A stretch of DNA of 64,000 bases from the NCBI RefSeq assembly GCF_009914755.1, contig NC_060938.1, one strand, 5' to 3'. The notes under the pieces are model-generated. The model was not told where the DNA came from and searched no databases. It saw only the letters and a program-made list of their open reading frames with translations. The position numbers and the translations under genes were made by a program. The number at the start of each line of letters is the position of its first letter. Position 1 is the first letter of the stretch. Shown here piece by piece: positions 1 to 14,375 of this stretch. The stretch comes from the human T2T-CHM13v2.0 reference genome, Homo sapiens.

Positions 1-24
1 TATAAATGGAACAACAAAACCTGA

Positions 25-370
<346 letters not shown>

Positions 371-1415
371 TATAAGCCCACTTTTAAGACCTGCTGGTCA
401 GAAAACCATTCCTTTCAAACTATTGTTACTCATTGACAATGTACCTGGTCACCAAGAACTCTGATGAAGATGTACAAGAAGATGAATGTTCCTTTCACAA
501 TGATAACATTCATTCTGCGGCCCATGGACCAAGGAGTAATTTCACCTTTCTCTTATTTAAGAAATATATTTAGTAAGGCTACAGCTGCTAGAGATAGTGA
601 TTTTCTGATAGATCTGAGAAAAGTACATTGCAAACTTGCTGGAAAGGATTTTCCATTCTATATGCTATTAAGAACACTCAGGATTCATGGGAGGAGGTGG
701 AAATAGCAACATTAATAGGAATTTGAAAGAAGCTGATTCCAACCCTCATGGATGACTGTGAAGGATTCAAGACTTCAGTGGAGGAACTAACCATATGTGG
801 TGGAAATAACAGGATAATTGGAATGAGAAGTGGAGGCTGAAGACGAATTGCTGCAATCTCATGATAAAACTTGAACAGATGAGGAGTTGCTTCTTAAAAA
901 TGAGCAAAGAAAGTGTTCTTTTTTTTTTTTTAGAAGAAATCTACTCCTAGAGAAGATGATACATAAACAGTGTTGAAAGGACTACAAAGGTTTTAGAATA
1001 TTATAAAAACTTAGCTGATAAAGCAACTGCAGCGTTTGAGAAGTCTGACTCTAATTCTGTGGGTAAATGTTGTCAAACAGCAACACAGGCTACAGAGAAT
1101 TCTTTTATGAAAAGAAGAGTCAGTCAATATGGCAGACTTTATTGTTGCCTTATTTTAACTATTTCTCACAGCTGCCTCAGGCTTTAGCATCCACCACCCT
1201 GATCAGTCAGCAGCCATCAACATTGAGGCAAGGTCTTCCACCAGCAAAAATATTACAACTCTCTGAAGGCTCAGATAATCATTAGTATTTTTTACCAATA
1301 AAGTATTTGCTAATGAAGATATGTACATGGTTTTTTATACATAATATTTTTGCACACTTAATATACTACAGTATGGTGTAATCATAACTTTTATATGCAC
1401 TGGGAAACCAAAAAA

Positions 1416-1535
1416 TATTTTTTTTTTTTGAGACGGAGTCTCGCTCTGTCGCCCAGGCTGGAGTGCAGTGGCGTGATCTCAGCTCACTGCAAGCTCTGCC
1501 TCCCGGGTTGAGCCATTCTCCTGCCTCAGCCTCCC
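1416..1535 (-). mobile_element. 5'-truncated AluY-like (3' ~120 bp) inserted in Tigger1
   Basis: Poly-T plus partial right arm. TSD gaaaccaaaaa at 1404-1414 and 1536-1546. Confidence 0.9.
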
Positions 1536-2155
1536 GAAACCAAAAATTTTGTGTGACTTGTTTCATTGAGATATTCTTTTTATTGTGGTGGCCTGGAACC
1601 AAACCCATAATATTTTCGAAGCATGCCTGTATTATTTTCTTTTAGTCCTGTCAAGTGTGTCTCAAAAGCACTATAGCTTTTGAGATAATTTGGAAGTCTT
1701 TTGTGAAAGTGAAACACACATGAAATAATCCTTCTTCCATTCTCTCTTCTCTTCATCCCCCATACCAAGAATGAGCCTTAATTGTGGTGCTATAATAGCT
1801 GACGGGAGCAAGAACAGCCACAGACACAGTTGGGAAGTTTTTTGTTTTTTTACCCACAGACTAGGTCAGCCTGGGTGATCTCATGTCCCACATGTGGTAG
1901 CCTGTAATATGGTAAGTGTTTGCTGTCTCTGCTCTCTTGACTCCAATTTTCTTCTCAGCCTAGCCTTAGCTTCTTTTTCCATCACTCTAGTGGAACACTT
2001 TTCATGAATGTCATAAGTTACCTATTAATTGGCAAGCCAATGGCATATACTACTTGACCACTTTAGTCTACTTTCTGACCATCTTCTTTCCTTTGTCTTC
2101 CTGTGTGACTTTCTATATTCATAACCACTGATCTTGCTATTTAATTTGCCCAACT

Positions 2156-2534
<379 letters not shown>

Positions 2535-4448
2535 CTATTCCCCTAAGGCACATCATATAATCACTGGTTACTGTTCTTTTACATAAGACTCACAATTCTG
2601 CATTACATCTCCAAACCCAGATTTCCTCCTGGGTCTCATATTCACATATCTAACTAGTTTTGTCTACTGAATCTTTTTTTTTTAACTGGAATGTAGCATA
2701 CTCAACAAATATTTGACATAAAAAAAGGAACTCTTTGTTTTTTCACTCTTTTACAACATGCAACATGCTCTAGCTTTTTGTTTATTCTAAGTTAATAGCT
2801 TCCTAGTCACACATGGAGACTCTTTTGAGTCTTCACGCTCATGCTCCACAGTAAGTTGCAATCACAGTAACTGTTTCATAATACCTTTCAAATATGGCAT
2901 TCTCGTTGTTATTGTCTAACTTTTGAAAATTCGTACAGGCTTCTTTTTGGTTCCTCCTAACACCCACCATACTGTCGCCAGAATTATTTTCTAATAAATA
3001 AAGATGATCATGCAAATTTCCAGCTTCAAAAACCATGTGGACTCCCAGTTGCCTTCAAAATTACATCTTACCTCATTACACTAGAATATAAGAATCTTGG
3101 TATATTATTTCCTATAATACCCTTACATTTTTTTAATCTAAGAAAATACCCAATTATTCTTCAAGAGGCAGATCAATTGGCAAATTGATTGAAATTGGTT
3201 GAAAACTTCCAAGACTACCCAGCAAGTGTGATTTTCATTTATTTTCTGTTCTCCCACATAGTTTTTTAAAATTTTTTATTTGTTTAGGTAACATCACTTT
3301 AAAATTTCTCAGAATATAATTTGTTTGTTTTCATTTTTTAATCTCCTATTTCTTAGCCTAGTATATGCATTACAGGGGCTCAGGGTACAGTTAAATCATG
3401 TATGGATGAAAGAATGAAAAATACTGAAAAGCAGGGACTGATGGTAATATTTTGCTGCATCTATGCCAGTTTTATGGGCTAACAGGCTTGGTATGTGACA
3501 TCCATAGCTTCAGTTTTTCCTGAAAGAAAATGTAGAAAACAAGGATTTATAAGAAAACAGAACCTCCTTTGCAGGGGCAAGAGGCAGAAAAAGCAATGGC
3601 ATTTATCAGAGAGTTAGCATAGTGTAGTAAATTTATGTGACAAGGTTGAAGTCTTCCAGCCAGGCAGTCAACAATGGTTTAGTTGATAACCTCAGAATTT
3701 AGGGTCAATTTCTGCAGATACCCTCACTCCCCTTTGACCAGACAACTACTCCTTATCTTTATGATATTTCTAATTTTGTTAAAATATTTTTAAAAGGGTA
3801 TTAATTTAGTAGTCACTTTACTATTCCTTCTATTTATGGTAACAAACTCAGTGGGTTGACCTGAACTATAATTTGTCATCTCTTTTTTATTTTCTGTTTT
3901 GTTTTCCAAAAACAATATGCTATTAAGAATAAAGGCATCCCTATGTACATACAGGCTCTCTGGGCTAACTAGTTTTTTGCGGATGGAAAACACATGATTG
4001 TAAACAAAGGAAGTTTCCTCTATTGTAACCTTGACCCATGAAGGCCAAGGAATGTATTGTTCTTTTAAATGAAATTCATTTCACTGTCATATTAGTTATG
4101 CTTGAAAGTTTTATATCCAGCAGAGATTTTCAGGGACATGCTGTTCCTGGAACAGTGAACATGCTAATGCAGACGGATATTAGAACTGTAGAACACACTT
4201 CAACAAGCATAGAAAATATAGTGCAATAGGGGGAGTAGCAGGAAGGAAGGAAGGGAGAAAGGGTGGAAGAGAGAGAAAAACAGTGAGAGGAGAGAGCAAG
4301 AGAGCATGAGAACAAGTGAGCACATTTTCATCCTGATTTTTTTTATAATAGTGTTATTGCGTCAACCTTTACAGCAAATTACATTATTTTCTTTCTTTAT
4401 TTTGGGAAAATATCCGTTCCCTTTCCTAAAAATAATACATTCATGCGC

Positions 4449-4932
4449 TGTCAAGAACTGTGAAGAGTCTGATATCTTACCCTGCTTACAAGCCAACAAT
4501 TTGGCCTGTACAGCTTCATGGATGCTGGCAGAAGATAGAAGATTCCTGGGTCGGAGACAGAGGACGTTATTACTCAGATAACACCAGGCAGTGTGAGCTT
4601 CATGTTTACAACAACTTTGCTTCCCACCGCCTGTGAGTTCCACAGAGGAAACATGGAAATGGGCCCAGGTCGATGCTGCATACACAGAGCGTTCATATGT
4701 TTGCTGAAAAATCCTGAGCTTAGTGAACCCTCAATTTTATAAGGGACTACTAGCAAACCTGCCCAATTTTTTCCCTGCAGGGAGACATTATCTATATTAT
4801 CCTCAACGGCAAGGAAATCTGTTTCTTACCCTTAAGGGAGACACTCTGTCTTCTAAGGCTATTTGCTGTACAAACATCCTTAAAACCATAGTTCTTACCT
4901 ACACCATGGATCTTGACAATTATTCTTCCAAA
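4449..4932 (-). mobile_element. Old ERV-type solo LTR, subfamily not assigned
   Basis: Begins tgtcaagaactgtgaagagtctga..., which I recognise as an LTR-family sequence. GC-richer than its flanks. Confidence 0.6.
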
Positions 4933-5396
4933 GTTTAAAAACTGAAAAATTATAAAACTTTGCTCAAGTAATAAAGTTTTAATGCACAGTAATTAAAGAT
5001 AATAGTACTGTATATCATGTAATGCTTTCCACTTTACATAATACCATCCTATATATTATTGCACTCAATTATATGTAAAATCAGTGGTAATAAAGCTAAA
5101 TGCATTCCAGGTTTGTAGGTAATGAGCCATGTTAGTAGGAAGGGGGTCTACAATTATCATGACGGTCACATACATTAGGGTGGTACAGCTGGAAATGGAG
5201 GTTATGGGAGCTATAATAAATCATGTTTGTGTGTGCTAGTGTTTCTTATCAGGTTATTGTAAAACAAATGTTATAAATTATCTACATGCATGTATTATTG
5301 ACTTTCTGGCATTTTTCTTAATCAGCATCATTAAAACTGTATCACAACAGAATGAGAACGTGAGTGTAACTTAGAAATTAAAAGTAGAGGTACTAC

Positions 5397-5703
5397 AGCC
5401 GGACACAGTGGCTCACGCCTGTAATCCTAGCACTTTGGGAGGCCGAGGCAGGTGGATCACTTGAGGTCAGGAGTTCGAGACCAGCCTGGCCAATATGGTG
5501 AAACCCCATCTCTACTAAGAATATAAAATTAGCTGGGCCAGGTGGTGCGCGCATGTAGTTCCAGCTACTTGGGAGGCTGAGGCAGGAGAATCGCTTGAAC
5601 CCTGTGGGAAAGCGGAGGTTGCAGTGAGCTGAGATTGCACCAGTGCACTCTAGCCTGAACGTCACAGTGAGAGTCCGTCTCAATGAAAAAAAAAAAAAAA
5701 AAA
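5397..5703 (+). mobile_element. AluS (Sx/Sz-like)
   Basis: Full dimer with poly-A. Degenerate TSD aaa(g/c)tagaggt(a/g)ct. Confidence 0.95.
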
Positions 5704-6044
5704 CTAGAGGTGCTGGGTTTAGAAACAGTTTTCTCAAGGAAATGTAAAATAAGATTTTAAAAATATCAAAATCCTATCTCCATAGATTGAATACCAGAGA
5801 GACAAGCTGCAATTGTTGGCAAGCTGGAGACATTTCACAGATAGGCTACTGAGCAGCTCATGTTACCTTTGAGATTTTCTTTTCCTTTCCTTGTTATAGA
5901 ATTAAAATCAGTATTGAATCTAAGGTACATTGGCCATTAGTGTTGAAGGGCCCTGAAAGAAACCTGCAGCGCAGAGAACTTTAAGCATTATTTTATGCCC
6001 ATTGAAATTAATTGAGAATCATCAGAATTAATAAAAATACAAGT

Positions 6045-6213
6045 CATGGTAACTCATGCCTATAATCTCAGCATTTTGGGAGGCTCAGGTGGGAGGACCA
6101 TTTGAGCCCAGGAGTTTGAGGCTGCAGGGAGCTCTGCTTGTACCACTGCACTCCAACCTGAGGAAAAGAGTGAGATCTTGTCTCTATTAAATAAAACAAA
6201 ACAAACCAAAAAA
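6045..6213 (+). mobile_element. Free Alu monomer (FRAM/FAM-like)
   Basis: Single diverged Alu arm with an A-rich tail. Confidence 0.8.
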
Positions 6214-6799
6214 AGTCCAGGGCCTCACTGCTCAAGGATCTGATTTTCTTAGCTATAGCAATTCTGATGGAAACCAGTTCTGACATGATTTTACAGATGA
6301 AGAAAACTTTCACTTGTAAAATCTTGTTGTTTCTCTTCATTTCTATCACTACTACCCTAATTCCAATTCTTGTTACTTCTGTATCTAGAATAGTGCCTAG
6401 CAGTAGGAGAAATTGAATGAATATTTGTGAAATTCATAAATGTTTATGTTTTGCTTTGAGATTATTTTGGATTCTGGTAATTATTCTACCTCCAACCAAT
6501 CTATGCTTTTCTTCTGATCAATATTGCTTTAAAAAGAAGAGCAATCTTAAGTAAGGAGGGAATTATTTATCCATCCACTTAACGATTGAGAAAACTGAAG
6601 CAAGGAGAGGCGAGGGACCTTCTTTTCTTGCACAAAGCATACTGAAAGAGATATTACTTGAATTAAGAAATAGCATAATTATGAATACGTGATTCATGGA
6701 TTCTTTGTGTAATTTAGATAAGTCACAACTATTATGCATCAAGAAATATAACATGACAGAGCACGAATGGAAAATAAAGTGAATGAGAAGTAGTATATT

Positions 6800-7060
6800 G
6801 CAGTGGTTCAATAGAGACTGGAGATAGACTCGGGTTCAAGTCCTACCACTATCATATCTAACCTCTAGTTGTGGAACTTCAGTATGTTTCTTAATCTCTG
6901 AAAGCCACATTTTAAAAAATCTATACAATGATGATGATAGCATTTTATTCCGGTGTTAGAATTAAAGATTAAGGGAAAAAGCTTAGTAGATTATCTGGCA
7001 AATAATAAAACAAATGCATTTAACATATTTGTTAATCTTGTCATATTATCACCATCATAA
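6800..7060 (+). mobile_element. MIR SINE
   Basis: gggttcaagtcctaccact and MIR core-like sequence. Confidence 0.65.
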
Positions 7061-7959
7061 TCATCATTAACATAGGAATACATTAGGAGATCAGGCTTTG
7101 CCAAGCTCAGAGTCACAGAGTGACACTGTTTTATAAAATAGTACAGGAAGCTCTTATCAAGGGTTATAATTATAAGCCAAAATTATGAAAAAAAGTTGTA
7201 TTCAGATATATAAGAAAAGAACAGAGGAACAAGTTGCCTAAACATATTTAAACAAATACTTTCCCTTCTGCTATAGTAGAGTCTAAGATGCCTACATTTG
7301 GCGCTTTTGTCCAGTAGTATCTTAAATGTATCATGAAATACCTGGCACTATTGTTCATAAATCCATGCATTTCAATATATGCCTATTTTTTGAAGTGCAT
7401 AAGTATGATTATTTGTGTATACAGGCTCCAAGTTTCTTTGAGATGTAAATGAGAATACATATCTTTTGCATATGGGCATAATTGTATGAAATATGGTATA
7501 GAATTTAAGAAAATGTTATATTCATAAGTTCTTTATTAGATTAGCCTTGTGGCAACCCAAATTGTTTCTTATGCTCTTCCTGTCATTGTGAGCCATTCCA
7601 TTGACATAAACGCACAAAGTAAAAGGCATCAGTAGAATTGTATACTGGTTTATTGAGATTGTAAATAGGCATTTCCACTGTTCATAAAACTTCATTGGCA
7701 TTAGAAAGATGTCTCCATTTATCTAATACATTACATGTTTGCACAAGTAAAGTTTTGGTAGGTACCTGGTCAGGGACTGTCAGAGAGATTCAGGGCTCAG
7801 GAAAAGAAACATCCCTTTTTTGTCACATGACACATCTCAGTCAACCTCTGTGGAGACTATTGTAAAGAACTGCAAAAGATTTTGGCCAACTATATTAATA
7901 GTAGTTTAAATTTTATAAGCATACCCCTTCAGAACTATATAAATGTTCTATCTAAATGT

Positions 7960-8195
7960 AATAATAGCAGCAAATATTTCTCAATAGAGCTTACTATATG
8001 CTAAGACTATGCTGGGTTCTTTATGAGAATTACTTCATTTAGTCCTTATGGAAATAGTATTAACATTTCCATTTTATAGATAAAATAAATGAGGCACAGG
8101 AAAATTTGCTCAAGCTCATTTGTGTAGTAAGACAAACTCAAGATTTGAATCCAGGCCATTTGTCCTCAGAGCCCTAATTCTTAAATATTAATACT
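7960..8195 (-). mobile_element. MIR SINE
   Basis: ccattttatagat...gaggcacag...gatttgaatccagg matches the reverse-complemented MIR core. Confidence 0.7.
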
Positions 8196-8317
8196 ATGCA
8201 GTATTTGATTCATATTAACTGTATGCTGCTGGGAAAGAACCAATAGTTTTTTATGTTAATTTTTCATTTCACTTAGGAGACAAAGCATTGATTGATCAAA
8301 TAGTTTCTTATTGTGTT

Positions 8318-8680
8318 TGTCAGGATAAACTAATCTATGCTGTGATTACAAATAAATCTCAAAATCTCTGTGGCTTAACCTAAAAAATTGTTTATTTCTC
8401 ACGCATATGTGGTACTAGGGGGTACTCCTTGGCTGTTCTCAAATTATGGTTCAAGGTCTGAGCCGTTTCTGTCCACCGTGCTGAAGATCTTTCCTTTCAG
8501 TTGAACAGATATGAGAGGGATACCAAGAAGAATGCATACCAATTCTTAACTGCCTTTTTTGCTTATATTCTTATTGTGAAATTGCAGTCATATGCTGACA
8601 ATTCAGATCCAGGGACACTGAGAAATGTAGTCCTCTTTTGTAAAGAGAAAGAGGAGACACTGGTAAATACATAGTATATT
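8318..8680 (-). mobile_element. Old MaLR LTR (MLT1J/K-like)
   Basis: gtcaggataaactaatctatgctgtgattacaaataaatctcaaaatctctgtggcttaa is a typical MLT1 terminus. Confidence 0.6.
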
Positions 8681-9076
8681 TCTCCTTAAGCTTCAGATCA
8701 CAGCTATTTCTTTCTACCTTAATTCCTTTTCTTCAAGCATGTCTCATTGCACAGAAGGAACTCATAGAAGAATGTGAGATTGCTGAAGTTAATATTTAAT
8801 AAAAATTTGAAATCAGTAGCTTTCTTGAATTCTGCTGGGACTACAAATGGACATGCCAGTTTGCACACATAAATTACAGGATAACAAGGACTGTCAATAA
8901 CATTGTATACATTAAAACTTCTGAGTATATTTTAGATATGAAGATTGAAAATCATCACATTAACTAAAGATTTGTCTGGCTAAGGAGCGGTTTGGCTTTA
9001 ATTACTAGTTTCTAGTTACTTTACCAGTACTATGTAACGCAGCCTCGCACTTTATTTGTATACTGTGTGCTGTGAA

Positions 9077-9082
9077 TGTGTC

Positions 9083-9129
<47 letters not shown>
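9077..9129. repeat. (TG)n microsatellite
   Basis: Read directly from the sequence. Confidence 0.97.
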
Positions 9130-9133
<4 letters not shown>

Positions 9134-11131
9134 GCCACATCTCACTAACATGGTTAATTAAAGCAGGCAACAGTATTTACAGTACTTTCATTTATCTAAA
9201 ATAGTTTTTTTTTTAAATTAAGGAAAACATGTTATTTGGACGTTGGGAGAATAGAGGATAAGCTGTTTATAAAGAAATCTTTTCATAGCAACCATCCTTC
9301 CTCCAAATCCACACTCCAAACACTAGAATATACCATGCCCTTCTTTGTATCTCCGTTATACTCTGTACATTCTTCTATCAAAACACTTGCATTTATTTTC
9401 TGTGTTTATTACTTCTAGAGGATAAACTTGTGCAATACTTAAACTCTAGAAGTATTCTTCTATACCTAGCGCTCAAATGCCTAATCATAGCATGGTTCCT
9501 CTTACGTAGAAAGCAATGAACAAATAGTTTCTGCAGGCAAGATGGAAAAATTAAAGCATGCCTGAAAAGCTGTATATTTAAGTACAGTGTAAGTGGCTAT
9601 ATATTTAAGTATGGATGACAGTGCTAGATTCACAGATCTAAAAGTTTTCAATTTATCGGAGATGTTTGAATTCATTGTGTAGGTGAAACTAGGCAAAGGG
9701 TGTGTGCCTAGATGGCATATAAAAAGTTCAGGACAAAGTGAGAAGGACTAGTCTAGATTTCTACTGAAAATGAAGCAGTTTTAATGAAGTAGAGCTGTAT
9801 AAAATGACAATTTGAAGGAAGAATAACTTATGAATGTAACATAGACTGAGAAAAGCCAAGACAGCTGTTCAAATCAAGAAAATCTGTATCTGTATTGAGG
9901 AAAAGCAATCTCAGGAAATTAGTAAGATTTTTTTCATACACAGTAGTGCTGAACTACTGAGACAGATTTTATGAATTTTATTCTCTGAGAATCTGTCTTC
10001 CTTTAAAAAAGTAACAATTTAAGGAGTCTTTTCTTGCTTGAAATTCATCTTGTTGCTTTTCATTATAACTTTTTTCTTCTTCCATGTCGTGCCAGAAATG
10101 CAGACACTTGAATGTATCGCCTCTGCCTAGTAGAGCTAATTTTTCAATTTACATAAATAAATAACCTGCCAAAGCTAATTACTTCTCCTCAAAATCTAAA
10201 TACATTATTCTCCTCTTTTTCCAGTCTGTCTTGCTTTAATTATTTTCACATCAGTTGTCATTTTAGGAGCTGGTTCAAACTAAAAAGGGATAATCGGATG
10301 TGTCTTACTGTTTTAATTTGGCTAATTAAGATTGCTGCTTTTGTCTGCGTGTCTGGAGGCATACATTTACAGCCTGTTCATAGTTTGGGGTGTTGGGGGA
10401 AAGTACAGTCAAGAAAAAAATAGCAATATGTGTCTATTTATATTTACATATTAAGTGACCATTATCTCGACTCTCCTTGCCTCCCTACACATGTTTTCAA
10501 CTGCCAGCAAAAACTATACATGCACATAAAGGAAGGCAGTTTAAAATCTTCTTAATCATATGGCTTATTTTTTAAAAAACAAAGAATGTCTCAAATATTA
10601 CACCTCAGATTTCTGCATCTTCCTTGTGGCTTGAATCAAGAAAATTGTGAACACAGTACATGATTGTTCCTAGAAAGCAGATGGTTAGCTGACTAACCAC
10701 ACAATTCACGTGGTGTAATTGCTTGGTTGAGAGAAAGATTATACAGCAGCACCTGGAAAGTGTGTAGGTAGAATGAACAGGTGGGAAAGTAGAGCCATCT
10801 TTGCATCAGCAATCTAGTTACCACATCTGAATTGCTTAAATTTGTGTTTTTCAGAGCAGTACCAGCTTGGATTTGTAGAGCATACTGTCCTCCAAATTGA
10901 TCTTAGATATTTTTCATACTTTGTCTCATTTGCCTTTACTACATGATTGTATAAAAGAAATTGACCATCTACAATTCTTACTGCCATTGAGGTAATAGAC
11001 TAAAATAGAGTGGGTTCATTACTGACTCCACATCATGCAGTTAATTAGACTTTGGGATTTTTCTGTGACAGTAAACTATTATTTGCATTTTCTAATAATC
11101 CAAATAGGTAGATATTTTGCTTCCAATGGTA

Positions 11132-11310
11132 GTGTGTGTGTTTGTGCACATGTACATATATGTATGTACATTTGTGCACACGTACATGCATATACACACA
11201 TATGTATGTACATATAGACATATACACACATATATGCATATATGCATGTACGTGTGCACACACATAAACCACATATACATGTATATATACACACACAGAA
11301 ACACATACAT
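11132..11310. repeat. Alternating purine-pyrimidine (TG/TA/CA) low-complexity repeat with an internal inverted repeat
   Basis: Read directly. It generates the overlapping spurious ORFs at 11035-11320. Confidence 0.9.
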
Positions 11311-11719
11311 TTAAGTGCAATGGAGATTAAGTTCAGTGGAGACCATATATTACTTTATAATAAAATATTTAGGAGGTGAAAGTTATATTTAGGCTGATTT
11401 CTGAATTAACACATGTAAAGTCTACTGTTTAGGTAAGATCTCTTTAATTGTAAGAGTAGTTGATATAGAAGTTTACCAAAATGGTCAATTTATTTAATCA
11501 ACTGATACTATGCTTGTGAAACAGAATATTTTAAATAATTTTATATATGTCTTTGTCTTAGATGCCTTATTTCTTGGTTTTATGTTTATAAGGTAGATCT
11601 TCCTTCTTGTAGGCACATAATGAGATGTTCTTTACATTAGGTAATTCTTGAATCTAGTTGACAATGTTGGCATTTAGGTAAAAAGTAAAACAGCTCTTTG
11701 GTAGCACATCAAATAAGGA

Positions 11720-11950
11720 ATGGTGATAATAGTGTTTATTGACTCACTACCACACAACAGACCGAGTTCTTGATGCTTTAGAAATATTTTCTTATTTAAA
11801 GCTCAGACAAACCTGTAAAGCATATTATTATTATCAGTATCATAGATTCATACATGAGCTACCTGAAGCTCAGAGGAGTTACATGACTTGACCAGGTTCA
11901 CATGTTTAATAAATCGTGGAGCCAGAATCTAAACTCTCACTGTTCGTGAC
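11720..11950 (-). mobile_element. MIR SINE
   Basis: ctgaagctcagaggagttacatgacttgaccaggttcaca is MIR-core-like. Confidence 0.65.
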
Positions 11951-12962
11951 TGGAGACTCTATCCTCTGTCAACTCACCTTCCATATGCTGTGGTGCCCAG
12001 GATCCCAGGATGGAATCTCTGTTCATCACATTCAGCCTAGACACAGCAAGGGGAGAGAAGAATCAAATGTAAGACTCCACCTTGAAAAGCTACAGATTCT
12101 GTAAAATTCCTGTATCTAGCATTTCTTTCTAAATACAGTCAGAAGAAATTGTTCTTTTGCCATTTTCCTTAATCTTTTTTTTTCTTAAATTCTTGCAGGT
12201 CAATAAATATAAAAAGAAAAGAAAATGGGAGGCAATTAAATACTTCGTTTTCATTGTTTTAATGTTTCAATGTTTTTTATTTAACTTATTTAATTGGCAG
12301 CATTTCTGAGAAATTTATAAATTACATACAAATTTTAAAAAGGTTTTCTGTCATTTTCACATACATAGACCAAACGCGTTAACTGTTAAATGGACATACT
12401 CCACATCTCTCCATTGTCTGTGGTGTCAAATTCTACAGTGTTGTTTGGACTGTAAAGCCTAGTGTTAAAAGAACATTAAAAAACAAAAGGGTAAAAATCT
12501 CAATTCTCATACAAATATAAAATGGACACATATTGGAGATTTTATTTAACTAATTATGAATGAAGAAACCAGAAACAGTTACAATCAGTTCAAAAAAGTT
12601 AAAGAAGCAGACGTGTATATGAAGTAAAACCATGCTGAAATACATTTAGAAATGGAAGAAAACTGGCTTTTTCCACAATGGAAAAAAAAAAGGATGGTCA
12701 ACTGAATTTCCACCAGATAGAGTGTCTTCACGTTTGTATAGACAAGTATTACTTTGCACTTTTATCAGTTATCTACAGTTTATAGAATTGTGAAATAGCT
12801 TCAAGGCTGTGAAAAACTACTATCAGATAACCAAGAAAGGAGTGCTCTAAATAATGCTTTGTTTTCCTACACTGGATAACCTGAATATAGATACTTGAAG
12901 CTGTCCACATACAAATGGTAGAGCTGAGATTACTGACACAAAAATTATCCAACAGAGATTCC

Positions 12963-13131
12963 ATTATTATTATTATTATTACTTTAGAGACAGAATCTCA
13001 CTCTGTGGCCCATGCTGAAGTGTAGTGGTACAATCATAGCTCACTGCAGCCTCAAATTCCTGGGCTCAAGCGATTCTCCTGCAGCCTCCCAGGTAGCTTG
13101 GGACTATAGGCACACACCACCACACCTTGCC
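12963..13131 (-). mobile_element. Alu monomer (FRAM/AluJ arm) with an (ATT)n-derived tail
   Basis: Single arm. Flanking direct repeat caacagaga at about 12950 and 13132. Confidence 0.85.
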
Positions 13132-13423
13132 CAACAGAGAATTTTGTGATGTAAATTTTTAATTTTATTATGTTACAAACCCACAGTTTTAAATGAATGG
13201 CAAAATTTATCAGTTGTGATATCATTTGAATTAGGAAATAATCATAAGAAAGGAAATAGTTCAGAATTTGGGGATTTGTAAGGAGTAGTTCCACAGGAGA
13301 AACAAAAGTAGAAAGCAAATACAAAAAAGATTGCTGGAAAATAAGGGAGCTCTCACTGCAGAAAATTTAAGATAAGTATAAAAACTGCAAGAGAAAGAAA
13401 ATGTCAAAATGCAATTTGGATGC

Positions 13424-14375
13424 TGAAGAAAATCAAAGTATTTCACCCTAAAATATATTTCTTCATCATATTTTGAGATGACTCTTCATAGGACCTGCAA
13501 ATAGAAATAGCCCTGCAACACTTACCTTTCATGGGGGAGATTTGCATCTGTAGAGAAAATCTGCACTGAGGCAGCCAGGTTTTCTCTGACGCCTTCCCTT
13601 CAAAAGATCTAGGAAAGGTTAACTGAGAGTCTGATATGGTTTGGCTCTGTGTCTCCACCCAAATCTCCTGTTGAATTATAATTCTCAGTGTTGGAGGAGG
13701 GGCATGGTGGGATGTGATGGAATCACAGGTGCAGATTTCCCTTTTGCTGTTCTTATAATAGAATTCTCCCAAGATATGCTTGTTTAAAAGTGTGTAGCAT
13801 CTACCTCCTCCACCTCCTTCCAGTCATAAGAAAACCATGTGTGCTTCCCCTTTACCTTCCACCATGATTGTAAGTTTCCTGAGGCCTCATGAGAAGCCTA
13901 GAAGATGACAGTATCATGCTTCCTGTACAGCCCACAGAGCTGTGAGCTGATTGAACATCTTTTCTTTATAAATTACCCAGTCTAAGGTATGTCTTTATAG
14001 CAGCCTGATAATGGACTAATGCAGAGTCTGATACCTTTTAAGGGTCTTAGGAAATACTAACCATCTATACTCTCTGAAAGATTACCTGTAAAATTTCATA
14101 TACATAATACAACTGTCACCTTTGCCAGCCAGGCCTTCCTCTCCAATAGCATGTTTTGTTTTGCCACAGACCAAATTCCCATTTCTTCAGTGACCTAAAG
14201 ATGGTGTATAATCTTCTGAATCCCATTGGAGCATTAGGGATAATTACACTGTGGTTCTCCTTACATACACGTTAATAAATTTGTATTCCATTTCTCCTGT
14301 TAATCTCCTTTTATCAGTTGAGTTTTTCATTGAATCTTTACAAGGGGAAGTAAACATTTTCCTTTGGCTTCTACA
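13424..14375 (+). mobile_element. ERV1 solo LTR (MER34/MER39 group), split by an MST LTR
   Basis: TG...CA ends, 4 bp TSD atgc (13420-13423 and 14376-14379), AATAAA near 14274. Confidence 0.8.
13632..14023 (+). mobile_element. MaLR solo LTR (MSTA/MSTB)
   Basis: tgatatggtttggctctgtgtc...ggactaatgca with 5 bp TSD gagtc. Confidence 0.9.

Noticed and set aside
4449-4918. 8 bp inverted ends tgtcaaga...tcttgaca suggesting a TIR element
   Set aside because: There is no TSD and the sequence looks like an LTR extending slightly further. Probably chance.
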